Positions 31,854 to 41,121 of a stretch of 64,000 nucleotides of DNA are shown one piece after another (the stretch's first letter is position 1; the number at the start of each line of letters is the position of its first letter). Origin of the DNA: Bdellovibrionales bacterium (GTDB lineage Bacteria > Bdellovibrionota > Bdellovibrionia > Bdellovibrionales > UBA1609); the NCBI GenBank assembly GCA_965200875.1, contig OZ241456.1, positions 1,408,001-1,472,000 of the forward strand. Reading direction: 5' to 3'. Both the position numbers and the translations under genes were made by a program. Below the pieces are notes generated by a model. That model did not search any database. It saw nothing but the letters and a program-made list of their open reading frames with translations, and had not been told where the DNA came from.

Positions 31854-34800
31854 TGTTTTTTTACTTTTTTTATTAATCATTTCTGTGACCACGGGTTGTA
31901 TCAAAAACGAAGTGCAACAGTCCCAAAATACAGGCTGTGACGCCAACTTTATTGTGGATAAAGTGGAAGGTACCTTTTCCATTTCAAAGGAAAAAGCTCT
32001 ACCTGAACAGTTTACTTTAACTCTCACAGCCAAATTGCGCTCCAATGCAAAAATAGAAACAGTTTTGCCCAGTACCGAATGGGCCATTGGCTACAGCGAA
32101 AATGCCGTCAATAAACCAGTGGAAAAGATTGAAATCCAAGAACCACTGGACCATAGAGAGAACAATGTCATCCGGCGGAGCACAGACGGAAATGGTGTGT
32201 TACGCTGGACAGAAAATTTTGAATACGCGTATGCCAAACAGTCCAAATGGATTGTGATTAACAGATATATTAAAGGACTTTCAAACGCTTACACAGGAGT
32301 ATGTAAAATTCCCTTGGCCATAAACCCCTGGCTCCAAAAACCGGAACACGCTGACATTCAGATTGCTGATTACAGAAAAGAATATCATTTGGAAAACGAT
32401 ATCTTGGAAGGCAATGTGGAGGAGAATCCAAATACCAACGGGATTGATTTCCTTCTGCAGAAAAAGAAAGAGGAAGAAAGACATGGAGTGGATATTATCG
32501 TGGATGAGCTGACTTTACATAAAGATGGTACTGAAATCAAAGCCGGAAAAACAATTTTGAAAGGTAATACTATTGAAGCGCAGTTAAAATACAGGATTAA
32601 GGATATTCATGGCAGTATTCAACCGTCTCCCATAAGAGCCGGAGACTTCGAATTACAAACTGATTTGTTAATTATGATACCAAAACCAGACGGAAAAAAA
32701 CAATACCTAAAAATGAATGAAAACTCTTCTGGTACTTCCATTAACTTCGAAAACGATCAATTCATCAGTGAACGGTTTGACTGGACTATTCCTTTTGTCA
32801 ACTTTAACACCCTTCCTTTTGCACTCTATCTGAAAATTACACCAACCGAAACCACTGGAAACAGGATTAATTCTTTTGAAGGTATTTATCATATAGGGAA
32901 CCGGTACACAGAAGATATTATCCCAGGAAACAAGTTGGCCAAGCTGAAATTAAACTCAATTCTAGCAGAAAAATACAAAGCCAGAATACGCAACTCTAAA
33001 AACAATAGTTCGGATGATGTAACACCTGTTGCTCGTGTTAGTAACACGTATCAGAATCCTGATGAGTGTCTGACAAACATTCCACTTGGAAGAACCAGCA
33101 ACCTCGTTGCCAGTTGCATATCAACTCAACAAACATCTGCTTATTTAGACGGTTTTACCACCGCCACATGGTCTGTGGAACGAATAAATCTCAATTTTTC
33201 ACAAGTGGAACAAGAAAACTGGCTCTCCAGAAAAATCAAAACCAATGTTGAAACCACAATCAATGATTCCATAAACACCGCCGCCTCTCATTCCGATATT
33301 CAGATCAAAATAACTGATCTCAGCACAGGAAAAATAACTAAAATAGAAGACAGAAAAACTGACAGTGCTGGCCATATAACTTTTACCATATCCACAGAGC
33401 ACAATTGGTATAAACGACAAAGATATTTTTTAAAACTTATTCATTTTTCCACGAAGACAGGAGCACTGAACATTAAAAAAATAATAGCCATTAACCCTTG
33501 GGACTACGGATTTACTCATGGCTTTGAAGTCGATCACTACGATAGCATCAGAACCACCTGCCTCGACTCAAACACAGACAACCCAACATTACTGGATCTT
33601 TTTGACGACACAGATTCTCTTAGCCAATACACTAATCATCAGCAAAGGAAAACTATTAATAATCTGTTTTGTGTCAATACCACTAAAGATATGAACCAGG
33701 ATAATTCTCAAAATAAGAACTTAGATAATGCAATAATCAAGCGGTTTAATAACTTTAAAAGCACAGTTAAAAACAAATTAAAAAACTGGAAAGATCAACT
33801 CTTTCAGAAATTCACCAGTTCCAGAAATACAAAACCAGCAGAGGTGAATATTCACTTATTTCGCTCCATCACTAAATGGCCCACTTCTTTAATTGATAAC
33901 TCTTTAAACCGGGAGATATATTATAATACGCGCTTTAAGCTTTCCCCCTTTGTAGTTCGTTTTGATTCTATTCGTCGTGGACAACAAAATAAAGGTCCTA
34001 TAAGAGACGGAATTTATATCTTCCAAATGGCTATTCTCAAAAATGAGCAAGGGAGACAACATGGAAATAAAGCTATGGTTATACATAGAGCTAATTTTTC
34101 ACTTCAGAACAGAGGAAGCACCGCGGGCACAATATTGCCTTTTATTAATTGTGACATTAAGGACCCAAACTGCCTAGAAGATGATGATTTTATTATGCCT
34201 CCTACTGATATACCTGTTGTGATTCGAAATGGAATAATGAAAGTGGATGTTAACATCCTCATAAAAAGACAATATCTGCTTTTCGCCAATTCCAAAAATA
34301 TGCTGATATTCAGGATTCTCCCAGCTGATCCCGAGAGTATCGTATGCACAAACCCGGAGATAGAAGACTGCACAAAATTTAATTATAGTGAAGAATCATC
34401 TTATTTAAACCATATCAAATGGAATGAAGAAACAATAAAAAATATCCAACCAGCTACCACGGAAAGCTATGATATAAAATTCTACACCTATAAAACTCCA
34501 TTTATTCCCTCTCTTTGGAACAACTGGAATATTACACATGAGTTGGATACATCTTTTGACGACTTGGCAGAACAATATAATCGAATAAAACAACAGGAAA
34601 TTAATACTGGCTCCCATGAGACTTTTAAGCATTTTCGTGATAATACAGAACTTGAGCCTGGCGATGAATTAATTCAAAACTCACAAGATCCATCGTACAC
34701 GCCACCTAGAATACATGCAGACACACGGGAATTCATTCAACCACAAATAGATATATTACAGGAGATACGCTTTGAAAATATGTTTACTATAGATGAAAAT

Positions 34801-37383
34801 AAAAATACAACAACCACCGCAAAAGCACAAATAACGAATGCCATAAATAAAAAAAAGATAGATCTGGAAAATTATCTCAATAATACTGTAAATAATGACG
34901 ATAATCTGTCAGAAGAACAAAAAATAAAAATTCTGGAAGCAGTTGATGAGAGAATAAAAGACCTAGAAACGCTGAGAAACAGACCATCATTAACCGTAGA
35001 ACCTCAAGTAAAACAGATACCACAGATACCACCTGTATCTGAAAACAACACAGTAGAATTGGATGTTCCTGATTCTCAATCCACCTCCTCGGACACACCA
35101 CAAGAATCAGAACCAGACACCACTGCTACTGAATCATCTGCCGATACAAACAATGGCTTATTTGTGAACGCTCCTTGTGTAGATAAAAGCAATATCGTTA
35201 ATCAAAGTGAATCTACACAGATAACAGAAGAAAAAGTAATAACAGAAGAAGATCACTCTTGCCTAGCAGAAAATAAGCCAGAAGAAACAAATAAAAATAA
35301 GCCGAAAGATTTATCAAAAAGACATTTAGAGCATTTTATCTCCACAAATACGCTTTGCGCTATCAATATTGATTCACCAAGTATAACAAAATTGGATAAC
35401 AGCTGTGGAAAGTTCACGAATACTGCAACAGCTCAACAATCCTTCATTGATGATCTAAATGAGCAAATTGAAATTATAAACAAAAAAATTACAGAAATTA
35501 AAAACTACCAACAAACACACAATAGATCTTCCTCTATCGACTTTTGGGTTAACCCTCAACTGAAAACAGCTGATCAGGAAGAAAAACAAGAATCCTTTGA
35601 TCAAATACAAAATGCCTATAAGAATAATCATCTCTCTTCTGATGTCTTCAAAAATAAATTAAAAAATATGCCTCAACTACCTAAGCTGGGTAAGGAAGAC
35701 TTGGTAAAAATTATTCAATCAGAAGACATAAATATCAGTGACAAAAAAACAGGAGCGTTTCTACACGCACTCTGTGGTTTTTGGTTTGGCAAATTTTTAT
35801 CTGATAAATATATTACATCTGATCTGTTACTGAATGGCTTAAGAAACACAGTGAAAGAAACCTTTTATTATAGATTGAGAGCCCTTACAGATAACGATGA
35901 AGATAACGATGAAATAATAAAAACACTGAATGATCTGAAAAAATCTTACGAAGAAGCTCTGGGAGAACTAAAGACAGAAGGAGATATAGATAATCTCCAC
36001 AAATGGGTGGAAAACTCAGAAGACTATGGATTCGACTCTGATTTTCATAATAAACTGCACAATAAACTTAACACTCTCCTTCAAGAAAGTCCTTTAAAAA
36101 ATGAAAAACCATCTTGGTCATCAAGAAATAACACCTCGGAAAACGGTTCTGATGAAAACAAAAAATTCCACCCAGACCACTACCTCAATGAAGCCTTGAT
36201 GGCGATCGCAAGTCGTAGCCAACCCATCATATTACGCAATCAGGATTTCCATCCTTTCAGGAAATGTATCAATAACCCCTCTCATTTCTTTGGATTTGAA
36301 AAGAAAGTGATCGTTGGAAAAATTGGAGATGACCAGGGCCTGTCATACGGCCATAAAACAGAAAGAGGAAAACAAACCACTTTAACTATAAATGAGGAAT
36401 TCTTTATAAGCTCCCAAAGAGACAAAGGGGGCAGTCAAGAACTTCAAACTAAAATTGGAGGCGACTTAGCACTATTGGCCTTACCCATTTTAGGCATCGC
36501 AACGTTAGGCGCATCATTAGTCGCCGGAGGTCTGATTCCTTTTTTCCATAGGCTTTTTTTAAAAAAAACAGCCACATCTCCCAGACTTCAAAATGCCTTT
36601 AATACATCCTTTCCAGCTGTCGTGACTATTTTAGGTTTTTCAGGGCTTGTAGGTGGTACACACTATAACTACCGATCATACGAAGGAACAGGAAAAAGAA
36701 AAGCACTCAGTACAAGAGTCAGTGAAGGAGTGGATCTTATATCGGAACATACACCCATTACAATCCCTTTGGAAAAATACCATGATTGTATGGTTATTCG
36801 CCCTCGTTTCAGCGCGTTTGAACACCCTAGAGACAATGGCAAATACAATATTTGGAACAAAAACAATAAAATTTTAGTGCCCATATATGAGAAAACAGGA
36901 ATATTGCTCTGTGCGGAAAATAAAACATCTACAGAAATTTACGAAGACTACTACTACATATACCCCAACTATCCCATTAATGGAATTACAATGGATCCCA
37001 GCAGTCATCGAAATAAACCTTTTGCCATCAGCCTTAGAGGAAAAAGAGCTCATAAGCAATTTATTCAAAACCTCAACTGTCCTAAACCAGATGAGGACAC
37101 AAAAAAATTGAACTGCAGAAACACCAACGGAAACTATAACTACCTATTAAACCAAAATATTGAGTTTATTGATGATTTAAAAGAAAATTTTAACAGGACA
37201 AAAATGTTTCATCTTACAGGAGACATCCCGGGTGTTTACTCTCGTTATACGGAAGAAAACATAGAGGAGGACAAAACAGGAGGTATAAACAAGTTACTAC
37301 CGTGGATGAATTGGTGGGCAGACAGACAGTTTTTTGACATAGATCTGGTAAATCTCATTAGAGACGAACCTGAATCACAATAA
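31840..37383 (+). CDS. Giant (1847 aa) lipoprotein of unknown function
   Basis: Lipobox TTGC at residue 19; duplicated TD.xG...AINPW module; long uninterrupted ORF. Confidence 0.85.
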   Translation: MLKFNVFLLFLLIISVTTGCIKNEVQQSQNTGCDANFIVDKVEGTFSISKEKALPEQFTLTLTAKLRSNAKIETVLPSTEWAIGYSENAVNKPVEKIEIQEPLDHRENNVIRRSTDGNGVLRWTENFEYAYAKQSKWIVINRYIKGLSNAYTGVCKIPLAINPWLQKPEHADIQIADYRKEYHLENDILEGNVEENPNTNGIDFLLQKKKEEERHGVDIIVDELTLHKDGTEIKAGKTILKGNTIEAQLKYRIKDIHGSIQPSPIRAGDFELQTDLLIMIPKPDGKKQYLKMNENSSGTSINFENDQFISERFDWTIPFVNFNTLPFALYLKITPTETTGNRINSFEGIYHIGNRYTEDIIPGNKLAKLKLNSILAEKYKARIRNSKNNSSDDVTPVARVSNTYQNPDECLTNIPLGRTSNLVASCISTQQTSAYLDGFTTATWSVERINLNFSQVEQENWLSRKIKTNVETTINDSINTAASHSDIQIKITDLSTGKITKIEDRKTDSAGHITFTISTEHNWYKRQRYFLKLIHFSTKTGALNIKKIIAINPWDYGFTHGFEVDHYDSIRTTCLDSNTDNPTLLDLFDDTDSLSQYTNHQQRKTINNLFCVNTTKDMNQDNSQNKNLDNAIIKRFNNFKSTVKNKLKNWKDQLFQKFTSSRNTKPAEVNIHLFRSITKWPTSLIDNSLNREIYYNTRFKLSPFVVRFDSIRRGQQNKGPIRDGIYIFQMAILKNEQGRQHGNKAMVIHRANFSLQNRGSTAGTILPFINCDIKDPNCLEDDDFIMPPTDIPVVIRNGIMKVDVNILIKRQYLLFANSKNMLIFRILPADPESIVCTNPEIEDCTKFNYSEESSYLNHIKWNEETIKNIQPATTESYDIKFYTYKTPFIPSLWNNWNITHELDTSFDDLAEQYNRIKQQEINTGSHETFKHFRDNTELEPGDELIQNSQDPSYTPPRIHADTREFIQPQIDILQEIRFENMFTIDENKNTTTTAKAQITNAINKKKIDLENYLNNTVNNDDNLSEEQKIKILEAVDERIKDLETLRNRPSLTVEPQVKQIPQIPPVSENNTVELDVPDSQSTSSDTPQESEPDTTATESSADTNNGLFVNAPCVDKSNIVNQSESTQITEEKVITEEDHSCLAENKPEETNKNKPKDLSKRHLEHFISTNTLCAINIDSPSITKLDNSCGKFTNTATAQQSFIDDLNEQIEIINKKITEIKNYQQTHNRSSSIDFWVNPQLKTADQEEKQESFDQIQNAYKNNHLSSDVFKNKLKNMPQLPKLGKEDLVKIIQSEDINISDKKTGAFLHALCGFWFGKFLSDKYITSDLLLNGLRNTVKETFYYRLRALTDNDEDNDEIIKTLNDLKKSYEEALGELKTEGDIDNLHKWVENSEDYGFDSDFHNKLHNKLNTLLQESPLKNEKPSWSSRNNTSENGSDENKKFHPDHYLNEALMAIASRSQPIILRNQDFHPFRKCINNPSHFFGFEKKVIVGKIGDDQGLSYGHKTERGKQTTLTINEEFFISSQRDKGGSQELQTKIGGDLALLALPILGIATLGASLVAGGLIPFFHRLFLKKTATSPRLQNAFNTSFPAVVTILGFSGLVGGTHYNYRSYEGTGKRKALSTRVSEGVDLISEHTPITIPLEKYHDCMVIRPRFSAFEHPRDNGKYNIWNKNNKILVPIYEKTGILLCAENKTSTEIYEDYYYIYPNYPINGITMDPSSHRNKPFAISLRGKRAHKQFIQNLNCPKPDEDTKKLNCRNTNGNYNYLLNQNIEFIDDLKENFNRTKMFHLTGDIPGVYSRYTEENIEEDKTGGINKLLPWMNWWADRQFFDIDLVNLIRDEPESQ

Positions 37384-37408
37384 TCCTCATGTATGTTGTG
37401 CCCTCTTT

Positions 37409-37600
37409 CCACACACGCGTCTTTTCAGCCACGGTGTGCTCAAAGCCGAACTCACCTCGCGGTGAGTATCGGTAAGATCTTTTTCACTGATACTTTTTGC
37501 AAGAAAACAAAGGTTGTATTGTAAAACCTTGCAATTTTTTCCCGAAACTTTTATAAAAAAAATCAAGTGATAACAACGCTTTATTATTTATTCAGGACCG
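37409..37600. repeat. Composite repeat: partial MITE-like copy plus a second dispersed motif
   Basis: CCACACACGCGTCTTTT..CGGTGAGTATCGGTAAGA matches the 10419 element; TTTTATAAAAAA..TCAAGTGATAACA matches 11379-11404; GCTTTATTATTTATTCAG is identical to 10385-10402. Confidence 0.7.
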
Positions 37601-37623
37601 ACTCCATACTTTTTCACGGGCAA

Positions 37624-38067
37624 CTAAATAAGTTTTTCAAAAATTTTATCTTGGAGAGCATACATTTTCTTGGCGGAGTCCGAGCCACTTTCATGCTCAA
37701 ACCCCAGTAAGTGCAATATACCATGCAACACCAAATAAAACATCCAATCCTGATTTGAAAACCAATCTGGTTTTCCTCGTTCAATAACAGGCAGACAAAG
37801 AACCAACTCTCCGAAAGAATCTTCCTCCACAGGAGCAAAACTTAAAATATCTGTAACATCGTTTTTTTTTCTGAATTTTTGATTGAGATTTTTTATTGTT
37901 TGTTCATCTACAAAAGCCAAAATCAATTTTTTACCGATATCCGCGCAACTTAAAACCTCTTGTAGTTGCCTTTCTTGCTTTAACTCATTGAAAACTTTTA
38001 TGATCCACTGAGTTAAAGCCCGCTTATTTATCTTTGAAGAGTTTATGTTAATTATTTCTACTTTCAT
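37624..38067 (-). CDS. ybeY: rRNA maturation endoribonuclease YbeY
   Basis: LNQKFRKKNDVTDILSF, HGILHLLGFEH. Confidence 0.95.
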   Translation of the reverse strand: MKVEIININSSKINKRALTQWIIKVFNELKQERQLQEVLSCADIGKKLILAFVDEQTIKNLNQKFRKKNDVTDILSFAPVEEDSFGELVLCLPVIERGKPDWFSNQDWMFYLVLHGILHLLGFEHESGSDSAKKMYALQDKIFEKLI

Positions 38068-38166
38068 TTTGATTCTTTTACATTTTAATCAGTCAGGCGT
38101 GAAGAAATATTTTTTAAGGATGCAAAACACAGATCACAAAAAGGCTTTTTCACGGACCACTTATTA

Positions 38167-39912
38167 TCACCCCCCTAAAGGCACAAAGATATTGCCTGGT
38201 GAAGGTGAAGAAAACCTGCATTTTCTTGTATTGCGATCGTATCTGGTGTTGTTGGGACAACATTTATCAGTAATGGGATTAAAAAACTTCTTAAGGCAAG
38301 AACGACACTTCCCATTGTGGTAGTATGTTGTCGTGCAAGTCTGACATCCTCCATTGTGGTAAAAGGGATAGGCACGGCAAGTCTGACATCCTCCATTGTG
38401 CTCGAAATCTGGACCCCCTGGACATTGACAAACAGTTCCATCCCATACTTTACTATTCGGACAAGGCTTACATACCCCTTTGTCATCCCAGGGTTTTTCA
38501 GATGGACATACACAATACCCAGAACGAAAAATCTGATCACTTCGGCAACCACAATCACCGTTTGCAAGCCGGCTCAAATTACCAATACAACCACAAGTAT
38601 CACCACGCTTGATGACAAAACCCCTTGAATCTTGGGGACACTTACAAGCTTGATTGGCTTCACTCCAAACCAGTTCTCCCGGACAAGTTTTTTCACAAGT
38701 AGGATCTACTTCCCAATCTATCGGACATTTGTAACACATACCATTGTTGTAATACGGAGTCTCCATAGAACATTTGTTGCAAACTTGATCGTAGCTATAA
38801 GGTGTATGTCTTGGGCATTCATTGCATACACCATTATAATAGTGCTCTGTAATAGGGCAAATGTGACACATATTATTATAGTAATGTGGAGTTGCACTTG
38901 GGCACTGATTGCACACATTATTATAATAGTAAGGTGTATTTACCGGACACTCACAGCTGAAAGTGGCCTTTTTATATACCTTTCCACCGGAACATACAGA
39001 CCGGCATATAGGCTCTCCGTTTGCATCAAAACCCTGTAATACCTCCTCAGCATTCGAACACTCAAACTTACCCACTTCCGGGAGCTTCGGTAAAATTCTA
39101 CAATCTGAAGTGCCGTCTTCTTTTTTCCCAACATACACCTTACCCTTGGGGCAAGGCCATATTGGCCGACAATCCTTATTCCCTCTATCATCAAATCCAT
39201 ACAAGTATGTGCCAGGGCTGTTACAGGAAACATTCAACCCCCCTCCCACATTGTAACAATTTAACAAGGAACAACTATCGTCTGCTATTATGGATTTTGT
39301 ACTATCCGCAGGAGCTGGGATATGGCGTATTTTTAAATCACAGGATTGGTGATAACAACCTGTGTTGTCTGTGGCTGAACATTCTGCAGATTCCAAGGTC
39401 TTATAAGAACCTGATTGAGGCTTGCTGTAATATACCGCAAAAGTCCATTTTAGATTATCTGGACCGGTTCTTAAAAGCTCAAGGCTTTTTACAGATATCA
39501 ATCCACTCTTAAAATCCCCAAGAGCCAGATAGGGTGTGTCGTCTTCTGAAGTGCGTGGGTCTGAATCAACATTGTTACCACCAGTCTTTATATAACCCCT
39601 AAGCTTATTATCAGAATCAATAAGCTGGCCTTTTTTATGGGTTTTATTAGAAAGCCTAGAAGGATCCAAATTCCACCGGCAGTCCTTAGCATCGCTTAGC
39701 ATCTGCCTGATGGTGACATACAATTCCTGTTCTGCCTGCAAAGTGTTTGAAACCTGCACAGACTTTATAGCGATTTGAGAAATTTTTAAAACCCCCAAAC
39801 TTAAAACAAGCCCCGCTCCGGCAGCTACAAATGTCCCCACCAAACCAAAACCTTTATTGCTTTTACAAACGATTTTACAAATCCAAAAGCCACAGCCTAT
39901 GACGCAGTGCAT
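38167..39912 (-). CDS. Prepilin-like N-terminus with a Cys-rich repeat C-terminus (putative adhesin)
   Basis: NKGFGLV followed by a hydrophobic helix; GFD.xG.xC modules; tandem CPxxTPYYYNxVCN repeats. Confidence 0.8.
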   Translation of the reverse strand: MHCVIGCGFWICKIVCKSNKGFGLVGTFVAAGAGLVLSLGVLKISQIAIKSVQVSNTLQAEQELYVTIRQMLSDAKDCRWNLDPSRLSNKTHKKGQLIDSDNKLRGYIKTGGNNVDSDPRTSEDDTPYLALGDFKSGLISVKSLELLRTGPDNLKWTFAVYYSKPQSGSYKTLESAECSATDNTGCYHQSCDLKIRHIPAPADSTKSIIADDSCSLLNCYNVGGGLNVSCNSPGTYLYGFDDRGNKDCRPIWPCPKGKVYVGKKEDGTSDCRILPKLPEVGKFECSNAEEVLQGFDANGEPICRSVCSGGKVYKKATFSCECPVNTPYYYNNVCNQCPSATPHYYNNMCHICPITEHYYNGVCNECPRHTPYSYDQVCNKCSMETPYYNNGMCYKCPIDWEVDPTCEKTCPGELVWSEANQACKCPQDSRGFVIKRGDTCGCIGNLSRLANGDCGCRSDQIFRSGYCVCPSEKPWDDKGVCKPCPNSKVWDGTVCQCPGGPDFEHNGGCQTCRAYPFYHNGGCQTCTTTYYHNGKCRSCLKKFFNPITDKCCPNNTRYDRNTRKCRFSSPSPGNIFVPLGG

Positions 39913-40241
39913 GAGAGGGGGGGGGGTAGAAAGGGTTTTTCACCGAGTTTTTTGAAAAAGAAACTTTGTTTTTCCACATTTGATTCCTATAAGTTTTATG
40001 GTCCTTTACAGATTAATCGGTCTTTTTGGAAAAAAAGTTTAAGCTTTCAACAATTATTCCGGACCGATCATGTAGTTTTTTGGTCATAACTGCTGTGTGA
40101 GAACAAACACATTTTTTTGCGGGTGGCTAGTCAAAAACTTATACATTTGTAAATATGTAGAACCAATGATATAGGTTGGAATCAATGCTATAAATTAGCA
40201 TAATAATTGAACATTCAATTTATTATTCAAAAGGAGCAAAA

Positions 40242-41090
40242 ATGAAAAAAATCCTCTTATCAGGTATTTTGTTAATAACCCTTGCAGTAGCAGGTCTTAT
40301 TTGGTTCACCTTTCAGGATAATGCCTGTCCAGTGGATTTTTCAAACTTCAAAGAGTGCATGAAGCAATCTCTGATTGATCATTATCAGAACGAAAAACCA
40401 AAAACAAAACAGGTTTCAAAAGATTTAAAAAGAAAAATAGGTAACCACTGTGTTCAAAAAGTCAAACTAGATGAAAACATGGATAAATTAAATTTTTTTC
40501 AAGAAAAATTATGTACAATAAAAGTATTCGGCGTTTCAGCACAATTAGGAATAGAATTCGCAAAAGAAATGGATACATACCAACAATCTGAAGAAACAAA
40601 AACACAACCTTCGGCCCCTGATCATTCTTCTGCTCCCGCCGAAAAAAAACTAGGACCGGCAGAACCAATGCCTGAATCACCTGCTTCCTCTGCTCCAGCT
40701 GTAAAACCTGCTCCTGCTACTCCTGCTGTAAAACTTGCTCCTGCCATAGAGCCTGCTCCTTCTGATCCCGCCGAAAAAAAAACAGGGCCGGCAGAACCAA
40801 TATCTAAGGACTTGTCACCCAGAGACACATCCCCCACTCCAACACAACCTAACGCGCCTATAAAACCTCAAAAAAAACATCCTTTGCAACCCACGCATAT
40901 CAAAAAACAGCCTGCTCCCGCTCCAACACCAACAGATCCCGCTATTGGACCTCAACAACAAAAGCAAATGCAAAATCAAAAAAAACATCCTTTGCAACCC
41001 ACGCATATCAAAAAACAGCCTGCTCCCGCTCCAACACCTGCTCCTGCTCCAACACCAACAGATCCCGCTACTGGACGACCGACTAAATAG
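40242..41090 (+). CDS. Exported/anchored protein with a Pro/Ala-rich repetitive tail
   Basis: AAGGAG RBS; N-terminal hydrophobic helix; duplicated PAEKK.GPAEP and a 108-bp-period repeat (40868/40976). Confidence 0.85.
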   Translation: MKKILLSGILLITLAVAGLIWFTFQDNACPVDFSNFKECMKQSLIDHYQNEKPKTKQVSKDLKRKIGNHCVQKVKLDENMDKLNFFQEKLCTIKVFGVSAQLGIEFAKEMDTYQQSEETKTQPSAPDHSSAPAEKKLGPAEPMPESPASSAPAVKPAPATPAVKLAPAIEPAPSDPAEKKTGPAEPISKDLSPRDTSPTPTQPNAPIKPQKKHPLQPTHIKKQPAPAPTPTDPAIGPQQQKQMQNQKKHPLQPTHIKKQPAPAPTPAPAPTPTDPATGRPTK

Positions 41091-41121
41091 TAGAACCTGC
41101 AAAGTGATCTTACCTGCCCTT

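Noticed and set aside
38175..39512. Multiple overlapping alternative-frame ORFs
   Set aside because: Shadows of the repetitive Cys-rich gene; the same applies to short ORFs inside the other long genes.
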